A DNA stretch of 47,371 bases from positions 1 through 47,371 of the forward strand of contig CAMOEE010000001.1 in NCBI GenBank assembly GCA_946611835.1, given 5' to 3'. The translations under genes and the position numbers were made by a program. The stretch is from an uncultured Treponema sp. Lineage in GTDB: Bacteria; Spirochaetota; Spirochaetia; Treponematales; Treponemataceae. Below, in pieces: positions 1 through 9,228 of the stretch (its first letter is position 1; every line of letters begins with the position of its first letter). The notes beneath the pieces are model-generated. The model made no database searches. It had not been told where the DNA came from and saw only the letters and a program-made list of their open reading frames with translations.

Positions 1-755
1 TCCATAAAGTTCTTTTTATTGCACATGCCCAAAAGCATAGTTTCAAAAGCTACAGACCCTTCTTCATCATCTTCGCTAAGACGCTTCCATTCGTGGAAAA
101 ACTTGAACTTTGCACCAAGAGTTCCAACCTTTGCTTCCGGCCCATTTGCAAACATTATGAAAGCGTTGTAATAAAAAAGCTGAGGAATAGTAGTCTGATA
201 ATCTTTGTAATTATCGTTGTAAGCATTTTCTACAGGAATATCATCGCGCTTGAGTTCAACAAATAAAAGAGGTATTCCGTTTACAAAGCCAACAATATCA
301 GCCCGGCGGTGATAAACTTCTCCCCAGATTTTCATTTCCTGCACAGCAAGAAAATCATTTTCTTCCGGATGATTAAAATCAAAAAGCTGAGCCTTACGTT
401 TTACATAGCTACCGTTTTCATCTTGAACATCAACTTCTATTCCTTCTTTGAAAAAGTTATAGTTCTTTTCGTTTGTCTGAATTGCAGAATCACTGGAGAT
501 TTTTGTATTAAGGATTTTTAAGACCTGTTCAAAAATATCATCCGTCATCCAGTCATTTAATTTGAATACAGCTTCTTTGAGATAACGGGTCAAAAGAATT
601 TCTTTATATGATTTACGACCAATAGACTTAGGAGAAGAATCATCATCGAGCACTTCATCATTGTAGGCATAGAAAGTTCGCCACTTGAGAGTATCTCGCA
701 AGAGTTCGATTGCACTGTTTTGAACAAGCTCGTTTTCGCTGTATTCGTAACTCAT
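1..755 (-). CDS. hsdR: Type I restriction enzyme R subunit, N-terminal part (runs off window start)
   Basis: Manual translation from ATG 755: MSYEYSENELVQNSAIELL...RRADIVGFVNGIPLLFVELK (HsdR_N nuclease motif); downstream of hsdM/hsdS. Missing from the ORF track because its stop lies outside the window. Confidence 0.92.
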   Translation of the reverse strand, partial: MSYEYSENELVQNSAIELLRDTLKWRTFYAYNDEVLDDDSSPKSIGRKSYKEILLTRYLKEAVFKLNDWMTDDIFEQVLKILNTKISSDSAIQTNEKNYNFFKEGIEVDVQDENGSYVKRKAQLFDFNHPEENDFLAVQEMKIWGEVYHRRADIVGFVNGIPLLFVELKRDDIPVENAYNDNYKDYQTTIPQLFYYNAFIMFANGPEAKVGTLGAKFKFFHEWKRLSEDDEEGSVAFETMLLGMCNKKNFM

Positions 756-821
756 ATATTTATTATACCACAAAATAATTATAAAATCTTTTTTCTTGAT
801 TTTAGGGCTAGAATCTCATAT

Positions 822-900
822 AATCGATGTAGATCCTATTAAGGTGAAAGTGGGCTACATGCCATGCGTTTCGAAAGGAACCTAGCCTTATATTGGGTCT
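822..900 (-). ncRNA. Candidate structured RNA at the 3' end of the DUF3800-like gene
   Basis: Minus-strand pairings TAAGG/CCTTA extended by AGACCC/GGATCT (imperfect), GGCTA/TAGCC and a TTTCGAAA palindrome; DUF3800 genes are known to be accompanied by conserved RNA motifs. Confidence 0.35.
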
Positions 901-1385
901 ATTTTTTTTGCTTCCAGAGGATTCTTATCTGAATAGTAATTATTTGGATATTTTGCTGTATCAAAGATATCACAAACAAAACTGATTTTATCTTTTAAAT
1001 AATTATAATATCTGAATTCCCTTTTTTCGTATGCACGTTGAACTGTCCAAATTTCCCATAGAAGAAAAATAACAGTCAATTTCAGAATATAGATGAAGTC
1101 GATTTTCAAGCAGCTTCGTTACAAGATACTTATAAATCCTTGCTTCTTTCAAATCAAATTTCTTTTGGAATATCTTTCAAATAATCATCATTAACTAATT
1201 CTGACTGTAATGCAAGTAGACCTTTCCTAAAATCTTTTGGATCTTCTGTTTCCAAATAACCAACTATGAATACTTTGCTTGCATTTCCTGTTTCAATTAA
1301 ATTTACACCTTTTCGACCAAGGATTTGCGGATCTCCAGCCTCATCAAAAAAAATAGTACATTTTTATATCTTTTGTTTTCTTCAT
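888..1385 (-). pseudogene. Decayed DUF3800-like (predicted RNase H-fold) gene
   Basis: GAGG + ATG 1385 gives MKKTKDIKMYYFF then stop at a T8 tract; one fewer T gives YFFDEAGD. Further fragments in other frames: KKFDLKEARIYKYLVTKLLENRLHLY and WTVQRAYEKREFRYY...KIDPI*. Confidence 0.65.
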
Positions 1386-1421
1386 TCTTGCCTCAGTTAC
1401 ATTATAGCAAATAATAGAATT

Positions 1422-2651
1422 TTAAACTTCAACTTCTCCATTCATTAATTTTGGAAGAAGTTTATCGCGGGCAGATTGAAGAAGTTGAATTTGATTCTGT
1501 AATGATTTTATTTTATCAAAATAACGAGCGGCTAGTTTTGAAAAATTTTCAAGTAAAGATTCTGGTGGAATAATTATTGGCATTGACTTTACAATCTTTG
1601 AATTAATCGCTGTAGAAATTGCAGATGTACTACCAAGAGAATCATAATGAAAGTTTTTCAAATATAAATATATGTATTCGCGAATAAACTTATTATCTGT
1701 TACAAAATGGGCAATTGCTTCATTTGTTGTCATCTCTTCTGTTGTTATAGAAACTCTTCCAACAGTTAGCTTAAAACTAAGCAAAACAGTATTTTCTGGA
1801 ATGATTTTTACATTTTTTGACTCGATAGCTTCATTTGTAAGATTTTCTGATGTTTGAAAAATAAATACTCCAGAGTTGCCCATATCGGCAATTGAAATCC
1901 ATTTTTTGCCAATATTTCCTTTTGAAAACCATTTAGTTTCATTCCTTGGCGGAGTTTTTCCTATTGTTATTTCAAAGTAGTCTTCAGCCCTAACTCTCTT
2001 CCACCCCTCTGGCACACCATCAACAATCTTTACATTTTCATGGCCAGGGAAGTTGAGTTTTACAAACCATTCTTTGTAGAGCTTCTGTGCTACCTCTTCC
2101 AAAAGTTTTATCTGCTTGCGGTTGTTTTCTATGAGGTCATCGTATGCAGAAAGAATTCCAGCGATTTTTTGTTGGGTTTCTAGTTGAGGACAAGGAAATT
2201 GAAATTGTTTAACCAAGTCTATTGTTAATGCAGGTTGAGCAGACCCTATTGTTCTTGCCCAGATTGTTTTTTGTCCTTCTGCTGAGTTAATGTAATAGAA
2301 TATAAATTGAGAGTTTACATTTTCAGAAATATCTTTTAACCAAATTAAATTTCCATCTTTAAAATAAAATGTTTCATCTTTGACCAAATACGGGATTCCT
2401 AGTGTTACACCAACTCCTGTTATCAATAAATCATTCTTTTGGGGAACTCCATAATTCATTTTCATTTTTCTATATAAATCATTACTGATGAATAATTGTT
2501 CTGAAAGTTCTTCACCTCGATTTTTTTCAATGATTTCTTTTTGGCGATAAAATGGTATTCCTGTTTTTGTATATTGATTAGCAAAAACTCTTTTACTCGA
2601 GGTTACAGTTGCAATATCTCCAAGTCTAACTTTCTTCCACTCAGTTTTCAT
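1422..2651 (-). CDS. hsdS: Type I R-M specificity subunit with two target recognition domains
   Basis: WKKVRLGDIA start, P..ETQQKIAGILSAYDDLIENN spacer helix, VPEGWK second repeat, RDKLLPKLMNGEVEV end. Confidence 0.95.
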   Translation of the reverse strand: MKTEWKKVRLGDIATVTSSKRVFANQYTKTGIPFYRQKEIIEKNRGEELSEQLFISNDLYRKMKMNYGVPQKNDLLITGVGVTLGIPYLVKDETFYFKDGNLIWLKDISENVNSQFIFYYINSAEGQKTIWARTIGSAQPALTIDLVKQFQFPCPQLETQQKIAGILSAYDDLIENNRKQIKLLEEVAQKLYKEWFVKLNFPGHENVKIVDGVPEGWKRVRAEDYFEITIGKTPPRNETKWFSKGNIGKKWISIADMGNSGVFIFQTSENLTNEAIESKNVKIIPENTVLLSFKLTVGRVSITTEEMTTNEAIAHFVTDNKFIREYIYLYLKNFHYDSLGSTSAISTAINSKIVKSMPIIIPPESLLENFSKLAARYFDKIKSLQNQIQLLQSARDKLLPKLMNGEVEV

Positions 2652-2671
2652 TTTTCACCATCCATTTTATA

Positions 2672-2790
2672 GAATTGCGTTAGCAATTCCGAATCTGTGT
2701 GACAATTCGGGGGCGTTGCGGGGGTTGCCCCCGCAGAGAGGGTAGCGGAAAACGCCGCAGGCGGTTGGAGCGAGGGGGAGACTTCCCCCT
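2672..2790. repeat. GC-rich multi-hairpin intergenic element (REP/MITE-like)
   Basis: Hairpins GAATTGC-GTTA-GCAATTC, GCGGGGG-TTG-CCCCCGC and AGGGGGAG-AC-TTCCCCCT in an AT-rich locus. Confidence 0.55.
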
Positions 2791-2812
2791 TCTTTATTTT
2801 TTCAGTTGCCAT

Positions 2813-3622
2813 TTATTTTCCTTCCGTCAGAAGTTTTCTGTCTTCAACATTTTCCAAAACCTTCATCTGCTGGATAGCGATTTTGTTCAATTTTTCCAAA
2901 CGTTCGTTTTGTGGAAGCCCATCATTAATAAATACTGCATTCAGATTTTCCATATTGCTAAGACAAATCAGCTGATTTATTGTCGCATAATCGCGAATGT
3001 TTCCTTTTAATTCTGGATTTGCTTCCCGCCACTCTTTTGCGGTAACACCAAACATAGCGACATTTAGCATATCTGCTTCATCTGCATAAACAAAAGATTT
3101 TTGAGCGGGTGTAAGCTCCGGCGGAATAAGATTCTGCTTTATAGCATCTGTATGAATACGATAATTGATTTTTGCAAGTTCACGTTTTGCACTCCAGCCA
3201 AGCTGTTTTTGTTCTTCTTCCTTTAAGCGCTGGAATTCTTTTACAATATAGATTTTAAATTCAGGACTAATCCACATTGCAAATTCAAAAGCAATGTCTT
3301 TATGTGCGTATGTACCACCATAGCGACCTGCTTTAGCCTGCAGACTTATAGCATTTGTTCTTTCAACAAATTCTTTTACGCTAATCTTAAAACTATTTAA
3401 TCCAGATTGACTTTTAATTATGGCGAATTCGCCATAATTAAAATTTGGGTTATAGACTTGTTCCCAAATTCCAATATATTCCAGAGTATTTCGGTTTCTG
3501 AGCCAGTCTGTTATAAAGAAATCTCCGTCTTTTGCTTTTAGCATATCAGTAAGACAAAAATAGTCTTCGTTATTAACCTGAACTACTGTAATCTCTGTAT
3601 CTTTTACATTAACTTTTTGCAT
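2813..3622 (-). CDS. KilA-N domain DNA-binding protein
   Basis: DYFCLTDM, DWLRNRNTLEY, GRYGGTYAHKDIAFEFAMWISPEF motifs. Confidence 0.88.
   Translation of the reverse strand: MQKVNVKDTEITVVQVNNEDYFCLTDMLKAKDGDFFITDWLRNRNTLEYIGIWEQVYNPNFNYGEFAIIKSQSGLNSFKISVKEFVERTNAISLQAKAGRYGGTYAHKDIAFEFAMWISPEFKIYIVKEFQRLKEEEQKQLGWSAKRELAKINYRIHTDAIKQNLIPPELTPAQKSFVYADEADMLNVAMFGVTAKEWREANPELKGNIRDYATINQLICLSNMENLNAVFINDGLPQNERLEKLNKIAIQQMKVLENVEDRKLLTEGK
3412..3443. repeat. Perfect 32-bp palindrome inside the KilA-N gene
   Basis: TTTTAATTATGGCGAA|TTCGCCATAATTAAAA. Confidence 0.95.
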
Positions 3623-5096
3623 TCTCTGCTCCAGCTACAATTTCCCAATGGCCGCCCTTATCGGCACCAACACGGCGGATAATACCTTCATTTTGCATTT
3701 CTGCAAGCATTTTTTTAACAGTTGTATGGCCAATATCAAGCATAGTTACTAATTTTGAAATTGTAACATTTGAATCTTTATTTATGGCTTCTAATATCTG
3801 TTGGCACTTTTCTGGCCACTTTTCTGGCCACTTTTCTGGCCACTTTATTGTTTTCTGGTCACTTTTCTGGACATGTTCTATAATTTTCTCCCCAGTTTTC
3901 TGAGAACTTTCGTCCGGCATTGGCTCAACTCCATAATTCATATTCTTAAAAGTAACACTAAAAGAATATGGATTGGAATTGAACACAGGAAGGTTTTCTT
4001 CTGTATAGTTTGGTGCAAATTTAACTGCGTCCATAATTTTTCTGAATCCACTGCCACGGCGTTCCATAAAATCCATGCGGGTAAGCAGGTCAGCAATTAC
4101 GGGATTTCGTCTTGTGGAAACTACATTCTCAAGCTTCTGATCCTGCACGGGAATTCCGTCGTACATTCCACCCGGGTTCTGAATTACAAGGCGGTCATCA
4201 AAAATATCAATATGAATTTCGCTTCCTAAAACACCATAATCACGATGAACAAGCGCATTTACCATTGCCTCGTGAATTGCACGCTCGGGAAAGTTTTCTT
4301 TATTAACTCGTGTTGTAGGAAGTTTGTACCAGATTTTCTGGTTATACAGTTTTATAAAACCTTCACCTTCGTTTAAAAGCTGCAAAATGCTTCCGCTAAA
4401 TTCCTTATCATCAATTGCATCATAAGAACTAGGTGCTTTTGTAAGCCCGTTCCATCTTGTACAGAAAATACGTGAATGAAAGAAGGGACAGACATCAGTA
4501 AACAGGGCTCCAGCATTTGTCAAAAAGTCATCTTTTGTTTTTAATCCGAAAGAATAATAATCCTGTGGTTCAATTCGTTTTCCTGTGCGATTGTAGTAAA
4601 GAGATTCAAAATAGGTAAAACTAAAATCTTTTGCTTCGTATTCAGATTTAAGCGTATCCCAGGTTTTATTTGTTCCTTTAAGAATCAGCTCATGCAAAAT
4701 TGGAGTATCAGCCTGAACGCTGGAAGAACCTGCTCTGATGAATGTAATCTTTGTTGAATTTTCATTCAGATAATAAGGAGTATTTAAGCCGCCAGAAACT
4801 TTTAATACAAGAACTGTATTTCCATCCACTGTGTCTGGTTCAAGAATAAATTCTGGAATTGGGGATATTCTGTCTTTAATACATTCAGTAATAAATTCAA
4901 TTTCTCCCTGCAAATCTGCTATAGGGCAATACTGGCGGTTTTCATCATCAATACCAAAAATCAAAGCACCGCCGATTCCGTTTGCAAATGCACAGACACT
5001 TTTGAGCCAGCTTTTAGTTTTTTTATGTTCAACTTCGCGCTTAAAGTCGCATTCTGTATGTTCAAGCTTAAACTTGCTTAAAGATAAGTTTTCCAT
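3609..5096 (-). CDS. AlbA_2 (Schlafen-like) + HATPase_c_4 + C-terminal HTH protein
   Basis: ECDFKRE...KSVCAFANGIGG, EAMVNALVHRDY, NPGG, RRNPVIA, ERRGSG, IRRVGADKGGHW. Confidence 0.85.
   Translation of the reverse strand: MENLSLSKFKLEHTECDFKREVEHKKTKSWLKSVCAFANGIGGALIFGIDDENRQYCPIADLQGEIEFITECIKDRISPIPEFILEPDTVDGNTVLVLKVSGGLNTPYYLNENSTKITFIRAGSSSVQADTPILHELILKGTNKTWDTLKSEYEAKDFSFTYFESLYYNRTGKRIEPQDYYSFGLKTKDDFLTNAGALFTDVCPFFHSRIFCTRWNGLTKAPSSYDAIDDKEFSGSILQLLNEGEGFIKLYNQKIWYKLPTTRVNKENFPERAIHEAMVNALVHRDYGVLGSEIHIDIFDDRLVIQNPGGMYDGIPVQDQKLENVVSTRRNPVIADLLTRMDFMERRGSGFRKIMDAVKFAPNYTEENLPVFNSNPYSFSVTFKNMNYGVEPMPDESSQKTGEKIIEHVQKSDQKTIKWPEKWPEKWPEKCQQILEAINKDSNVTISKLVTMLDIGHTTVKKMLAEMQNEGIIRRVGADKGGHWEIVAGAENAKS
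3805..3846. repeat. In-frame 12-bp tandem repeat, 3.5 copies, encoding KWPE
   Basis: CACTTTTCTGGC x3 + CACTTT; degenerate copies follow to about 3872. Confidence 0.9.
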
Positions 5097-5099
5097 GAA

Positions 5100-6953
5100 T
5101 TACGCCTCCAGCCCTAGTTCTTTCAGATTTGCATTTATCGTTGCCATAAGGTTATTACTTTCGTCCTGAAGTTTATTAAGTTCTACATGAATCTCTTTCA
5201 TGCGTTCTTCAAAGTTTTCGTCATCTTCCAGAACTTCTGCAACGCCAACATAAGCACCTGGAGTAAGGGAATAATTTTTCTCTGCAATTTCTGCACGGGT
5301 AGCGATTTTACAAAGACCTGCGATATCAGCATAAGTGCCATCGCCAAATTTGTCTGTGAGCCAGATTGCCTGTTTTATTATTTCTTCATTTTCCTTTATA
5401 TTGGCAATCATGTCTTCATTAGCCTGTTTAATGGCTTTCTTCGATTTGCGGTCTGCTTGGGCTTCTGCCTTCTGTGCCGTCTCTTCACAAATCTTAATCT
5501 GCTCCTGTGTGATTGCTAAAATTTCATGAAGATGCTCAATACTATTACATTCTGTGAGTAAGTCTCTTTTCTCCAAATCGTCTATGAATAAAGCTCCTGC
5601 ACGGATAGCATCGAAGTATTCTTCAAGAACAGTCTTGTACTTATCAATTTCTCCGCAATAAAGATGAACAATGCTGGTAAGATTTTTAATCTGCCATTTT
5701 GTCCATTCGTTTAAGTTGCGGTCTACGACAGTAAAATAATTACGGGCATCTATAAAAAGCACCTTGTTTTTAAGTTCATCCTTTTTGCCTTTATCAAAGA
5801 ACCAGAGGGTACAAGGAAGACTAAGCGTATAAAAGAAGTTATTTCCAACACTGAGGATTACATCTACATCACCAGTTTCTACAAGCTTCTGGCGGATGTC
5901 GCGGTCTGCATGCTGGCTGTCTGTTGCAGAGGAAGCCATAACAAAACCTGCACGACCGGTTTCATTCAGATATGCATAAAAGTAACTAATCCAAAGATAG
6001 TTTGCATTTCCAATTTCCTTTGTTTTTTCATTGTAGCCGGGAAGCCCGAAAGGAAGGCGGCCTGCATTAAGAGCAGCTTCGTATTTTACTTTGTTTACAT
6101 TGAACGGCGGATTAGCCATTACAAAATCACATTTACCTTCAAGTTTGTGATAATCGTTGTAGAAGGAATTTGCTTCGTCTCCGCTGATGATTTTTGCATT
6201 AAGGCCGTGAACTGCCATGTTCATCTTACAAAGCTTTGCATTGAACTCAACTTTTTCCTGTCCAAAGAAAGTGAGTTTGTCACTGGCGTTGATTCCATTT
6301 GCATTTACAAAGTCGCCTGAGCTTACGAACATACCACCAGAACCACAGGCAGGATCAAGAATCTTTCCATGTGTCGGCTGAATAATATTTACAATCATTC
6401 TTACAAGAGATTTTGGTGTAAAGAAAACGCCGTCATCACTGGCGATATTCTTTGCAAACTTGTTTAAGAAATATTCATAAATGCGGCCGATTACATCATC
6501 TTTAATTTCGTTGAGGGCATCATTGTTGAAAAGGCGGAGAAGGTCTTTGAGTAAATCATTCTTGAAAATTGTCTGATAGTTTTTTGGCAGAATACCGGAA
6601 AGGTCCGGGCATTCTTTTTCGATTGCTTCCATAGCCTTATCTACAGCTTCTCCAAGATTTTTGTCTTTTGGAAGATTTAAGAGATAATCATAGCGGGCGT
6701 TTTCTGGAAGGAAGATTGCACTTTTTGATTTAAAATCACTTGATTCAACCGGAAGTTTTACTCCGTTGCGGCTTGGACGGTCTTTGAGAATTTCTGCTTC
6801 AACATATTTAAAACGGGTAAAAGCATAGCGAAGGTAAATGAGCCCTAGGACAGGCATGCAGTATTCCTGCGAACTGAGTTTTGAACCTTCGCGTAAAGCA
6901 TCTGCGCTTTCCCAGAGGTCGTTTTCTAGTGATTTTATGTTGTTTTGTGACAT
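5100..6953 (-). CDS. hsdM: Type I R-M N6-adenine methyltransferase
   Basis: LWESADALR, YEYFL, FFTP, DPACGSGG (motif I), NPPF (motif IV); start moved to ATG 6953 with AAGGA upstream. Confidence 0.96.
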   Translation of the reverse strand: MSQNNIKSLENDLWESADALREGSKLSSQEYCMPVLGLIYLRYAFTRFKYVEAEILKDRPSRNGVKLPVESSDFKSKSAIFLPENARYDYLLNLPKDKNLGEAVDKAMEAIEKECPDLSGILPKNYQTIFKNDLLKDLLRLFNNDALNEIKDDVIGRIYEYFLNKFAKNIASDDGVFFTPKSLVRMIVNIIQPTHGKILDPACGSGGMFVSSGDFVNANGINASDKLTFFGQEKVEFNAKLCKMNMAVHGLNAKIISGDEANSFYNDYHKLEGKCDFVMANPPFNVNKVKYEAALNAGRLPFGLPGYNEKTKEIGNANYLWISYFYAYLNETGRAGFVMASSATDSQHADRDIRQKLVETGDVDVILSVGNNFFYTLSLPCTLWFFDKGKKDELKNKVLFIDARNYFTVVDRNLNEWTKWQIKNLTSIVHLYCGEIDKYKTVLEEYFDAIRAGALFIDDLEKRDLLTECNSIEHLHEILAITQEQIKICEETAQKAEAQADRKSKKAIKQANEDMIANIKENEEIIKQAIWLTDKFGDGTYADIAGLCKIATRAEIAEKNYSLTPGAYVGVAEVLEDDENFEERMKEIHVELNKLQDESNNLMATINANLKELGLEA

Positions 6954-7044
6954 GTAGGATTTCCTTTGCTTTTTTCTACTTGTAATTTCCATTATATCAC
7001 AATTTTCGCCCATTTTATAGCGGTAATCTCCACTATACCTCCCT

Positions 7045-8166
7045 CTACTCTCGCCTCAGCAAATACCAGTAAAAAGCCTCCATAAAGAACCTGTTCCCCG
7101 CGCTCTCAAGGACATTAAGTCCCAGCGCGTCCCGGATTTTTTTGAGGCGGTAAATCAGCGTGTTCTTGTGAACATTGAGCTTCTGGGCTGCAGTCACCAG
7201 ATTGTAGTTTGCGGCAATCAGCCCTTCAGCAACCTCACTGAACTCCTGAAGGAATTTTTCGTCCAGCTGCTTTTCGTACACATTGAAGATTCTTTGAAGT
7301 TCCGACTGGGGCATTATGCTGGCAATGTAGGACGGAAGCCTGTCGTAAAAATAGACGATTTTCTCCCGGCGGCGGGTCTGCTCCTCAAGCCACTTGCAGT
7401 GACGGTACCCGTAATAATACTGAGAAAAAGCCCTCTGGAAACTTCCGACGAAAAAAGTACAGTCAAGCCTGGCATCGCCAATCCGGGCAAGAGGCTCCTT
7501 CAGGTAGGCTTCGATTTCGCCCTTTCCTCCGTCCGAAAAACTATCCGGACCAATAGTCTTGAAGACCAGAAGATGGCTTTCATCGACCGTAAAACTGATG
7601 TCCTCGCTGGTGTGGAGCCGGTTCGCCTTAACCAGGCTCAAAACAGAAGCGGCTCCTGCTCCCCGGACCTTGCACAAAATCGGGACCCGGCAAAGCTTTT
7701 CAGAATACTGCAGGTCAGAGGCAATCGTGCGCAATTCCTGAACATCGGCGTGCTCAACCTGGGTCAGAAGATTGAAAAACCTGTCCTTCCTGCTGAAACG
7801 GAGCCTGAGCTTTTCTTCCTGCCTCTCGAATTTCAGCATGGCTTCCACCGCCATCTTAGTAATCAGCGCAATCGGCCGCACCTCCTCCGGATTCCCGGTG
7901 ATTCCGACCACACCCTCCCGCTTTCCATCAAGCATAATAACCTGGTTTATGCCCGGGAGAACGCCCGGATAGTCGCCCTCCTTTGTGGTGACGACGAACT
8001 CCTCGCTGCCGGTGACAATTCTGTACGCTACCTCATGAAAGGTTCCGATTCTCCTGGGATCCCGGCTTGCGATTATGATGCCGTTCTCGTTCATTATATT
8101 GATGTTATATTCGGTGTACTGAGTAATCTGCTCAACGAATTTACGGGCGAAGGCTGCTTCTATCAT
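7045..8166 (-). CDS. CdaR/PucR-family sugar diacid transcriptional regulator
   Basis: NINIMNENGIIIAS.D..RIG.FH, GVVGITG, C-terminal HTH AAQKLNVHKNTLIYRL; likely start MIEAAF. Confidence 0.88.
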   Translation of the reverse strand: MIEAAFARKFVEQITQYTEYNINIMNENGIIIASRDPRRIGTFHEVAYRIVTGSEEFVVTTKEGDYPGVLPGINQVIMLDGKREGVVGITGNPEEVRPIALITKMAVEAMLKFERQEEKLRLRFSRKDRFFNLLTQVEHADVQELRTIASDLQYSEKLCRVPILCKVRGAGAASVLSLVKANRLHTSEDISFTVDESHLLVFKTIGPDSFSDGGKGEIEAYLKEPLARIGDARLDCTFFVGSFQRAFSQYYYGYRHCKWLEEQTRRREKIVYFYDRLPSYIASIMPQSELQRIFNVYEKQLDEKFLQEFSEVAEGLIAANYNLVTAAQKLNVHKNTLIYRLKKIRDALGLNVLESAGNRFFMEAFYWYLLRRE

Positions 8167-8635
8167 CGTTCCACTTCTCCAGTCTCTCATCAATCGATGC
8201 AAGCTCATTCTCGTAGTCTGAAATCTGTAAATTCAACTTTTCCTCAAGCTCCAGGTCCGTCGTCACGGATTTTTCGCGCCTCAAGTCAGGCAGGACGCTT
8301 TCCTCCAGCTCGACTTTTCGTTTTTTGAGCATGGTTATTTCCTTTGGTGGCCGGCCTCCCTTCTTTCCGTTTTCCTTGCTGGCCTGAACCTTTGCCCGGC
8401 TGGTGGATTTTCCGTTGTAAGAATAAAGTGAGCCAATCCAGAACCTGAGCGACTTCAAGGCCTGGGCCATCTCGAATTCAATATTCTCAAGATGACGGGC
8501 CGCTTCCGCCCGCTCGCTCTCAGAGATTTCGGAGCCATTTTTTGACTTTGCCAGCTGATTGATTATTGAAATCTGATTCTGCAAGTCCTCCAGCGAAGAA
8601 ATTGCCTTGTAAATCTGTTCTGTTTTTTTCGACAT
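8141..8635 (-). CDS. Hypothetical coiled-coil protein with ENGKKGGRP motif
   Basis: Clean ORF; TATACT 6 nt before ATG 8635; basic GGRP motif suggests nucleic acid binding. Confidence 0.65.
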   Translation of the reverse strand: MSKKTEQIYKAISSLEDLQNQISIINQLAKSKNGSEISESERAEAARHLENIEFEMAQALKSLRFWIGSLYSYNGKSTSRAKVQASKENGKKGGRPPKEITMLKKRKVELEESVLPDLRREKSVTTDLELEEKLNLQISDYENELASIDERLEKWNDDRSSLRP

Positions 8636-8774
8636 GAATTCAGTATAACCCAAGATTTTAGGTTTCCGCAAGTTTTTTGACAATCTTTTTTTCCTTGTGT
8701 TTTCCCAACGATTTATTTTGCTTTATCAAGATTCCTGACTTATAATTAAAGAATCAAATTTTGAGAGGTACACA

Positions 8775-9149
8775 ATGGCACAATTTTTCAAATGCAAGAA
8801 ATGCGGCAAAATCATCGAGATTGTCAACAAGGGCTGCCCTGTAGTTGTCTGCTGCGGCGAAGAAATGACTGAACTTAAGGCTAATACAACGGATGCCGCC
8901 ACAGAAAAACATGTTCCAGTAATCGAAGTAAAGGGCGACAAAGTAAATGTCAAGGTTGGCTCAGCCGTTCACCCAATGGAAGCCGATCACTGGATTCAGT
9001 GGATTGAAATTGAGACCGACAAAGGCGTTCAGAGGAAATACCTCAACCCGGGCGAGGCCCCTGAGGCGACTTTCGCTCTCTCAGGCGAAAAACTGCTTGC
9101 CGCTTACGAATACTGCAACAAGCACGGTCTCTGGAAAGCCGAGGCTTAA
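8775..9149 (+). CDS. dfx: Desulfoferrodoxin / superoxide reductase
   Basis: CKKCG...CCG centre I, EKHVP, HPM..DHWIQWI, YCNKHGLW. Confidence 0.95.
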   Translation: MAQFFKCKKCGKIIEIVNKGCPVVVCCGEEMTELKANTTDAATEKHVPVIEVKGDKVNVKVGSAVHPMEADHWIQWIEIETDKGVQRKYLNPGEAPEATFALSGEKLLAAYEYCNKHGLWKAEA

Positions 9150-9182
9150 TCAGTAAAAATATTAATCTTATAAATCTCTTTT

Positions 9183-9216
9183 AAATCCTCTGCGCTTCAT
9201 CTGCGGGGGATTTTTT
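9183..9216. terminator. Intrinsic terminator between convergent genes
   Basis: AATCCTCTGCG/TGCGGGGGATT stem (with G-U pairs) followed by a T run. Confidence 0.65.
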
Positions 9217-9228
9217 ATGAGGGCAGGC

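Noticed and set aside
1422-2651. Invertible hsdS shufflon
   Set aside because: Only one hsdS, no recombinase and no inverted partial copies in the window.
2699-3010. 103-aa plus-strand ORF
   Set aside because: Reads through the GC-rich hairpin element and antisense into the KilA-N gene.
7168-8328. 386-aa plus-strand ORF
   Set aside because: Antisense shadow of the CdaR-family gene; no recognisable motifs.
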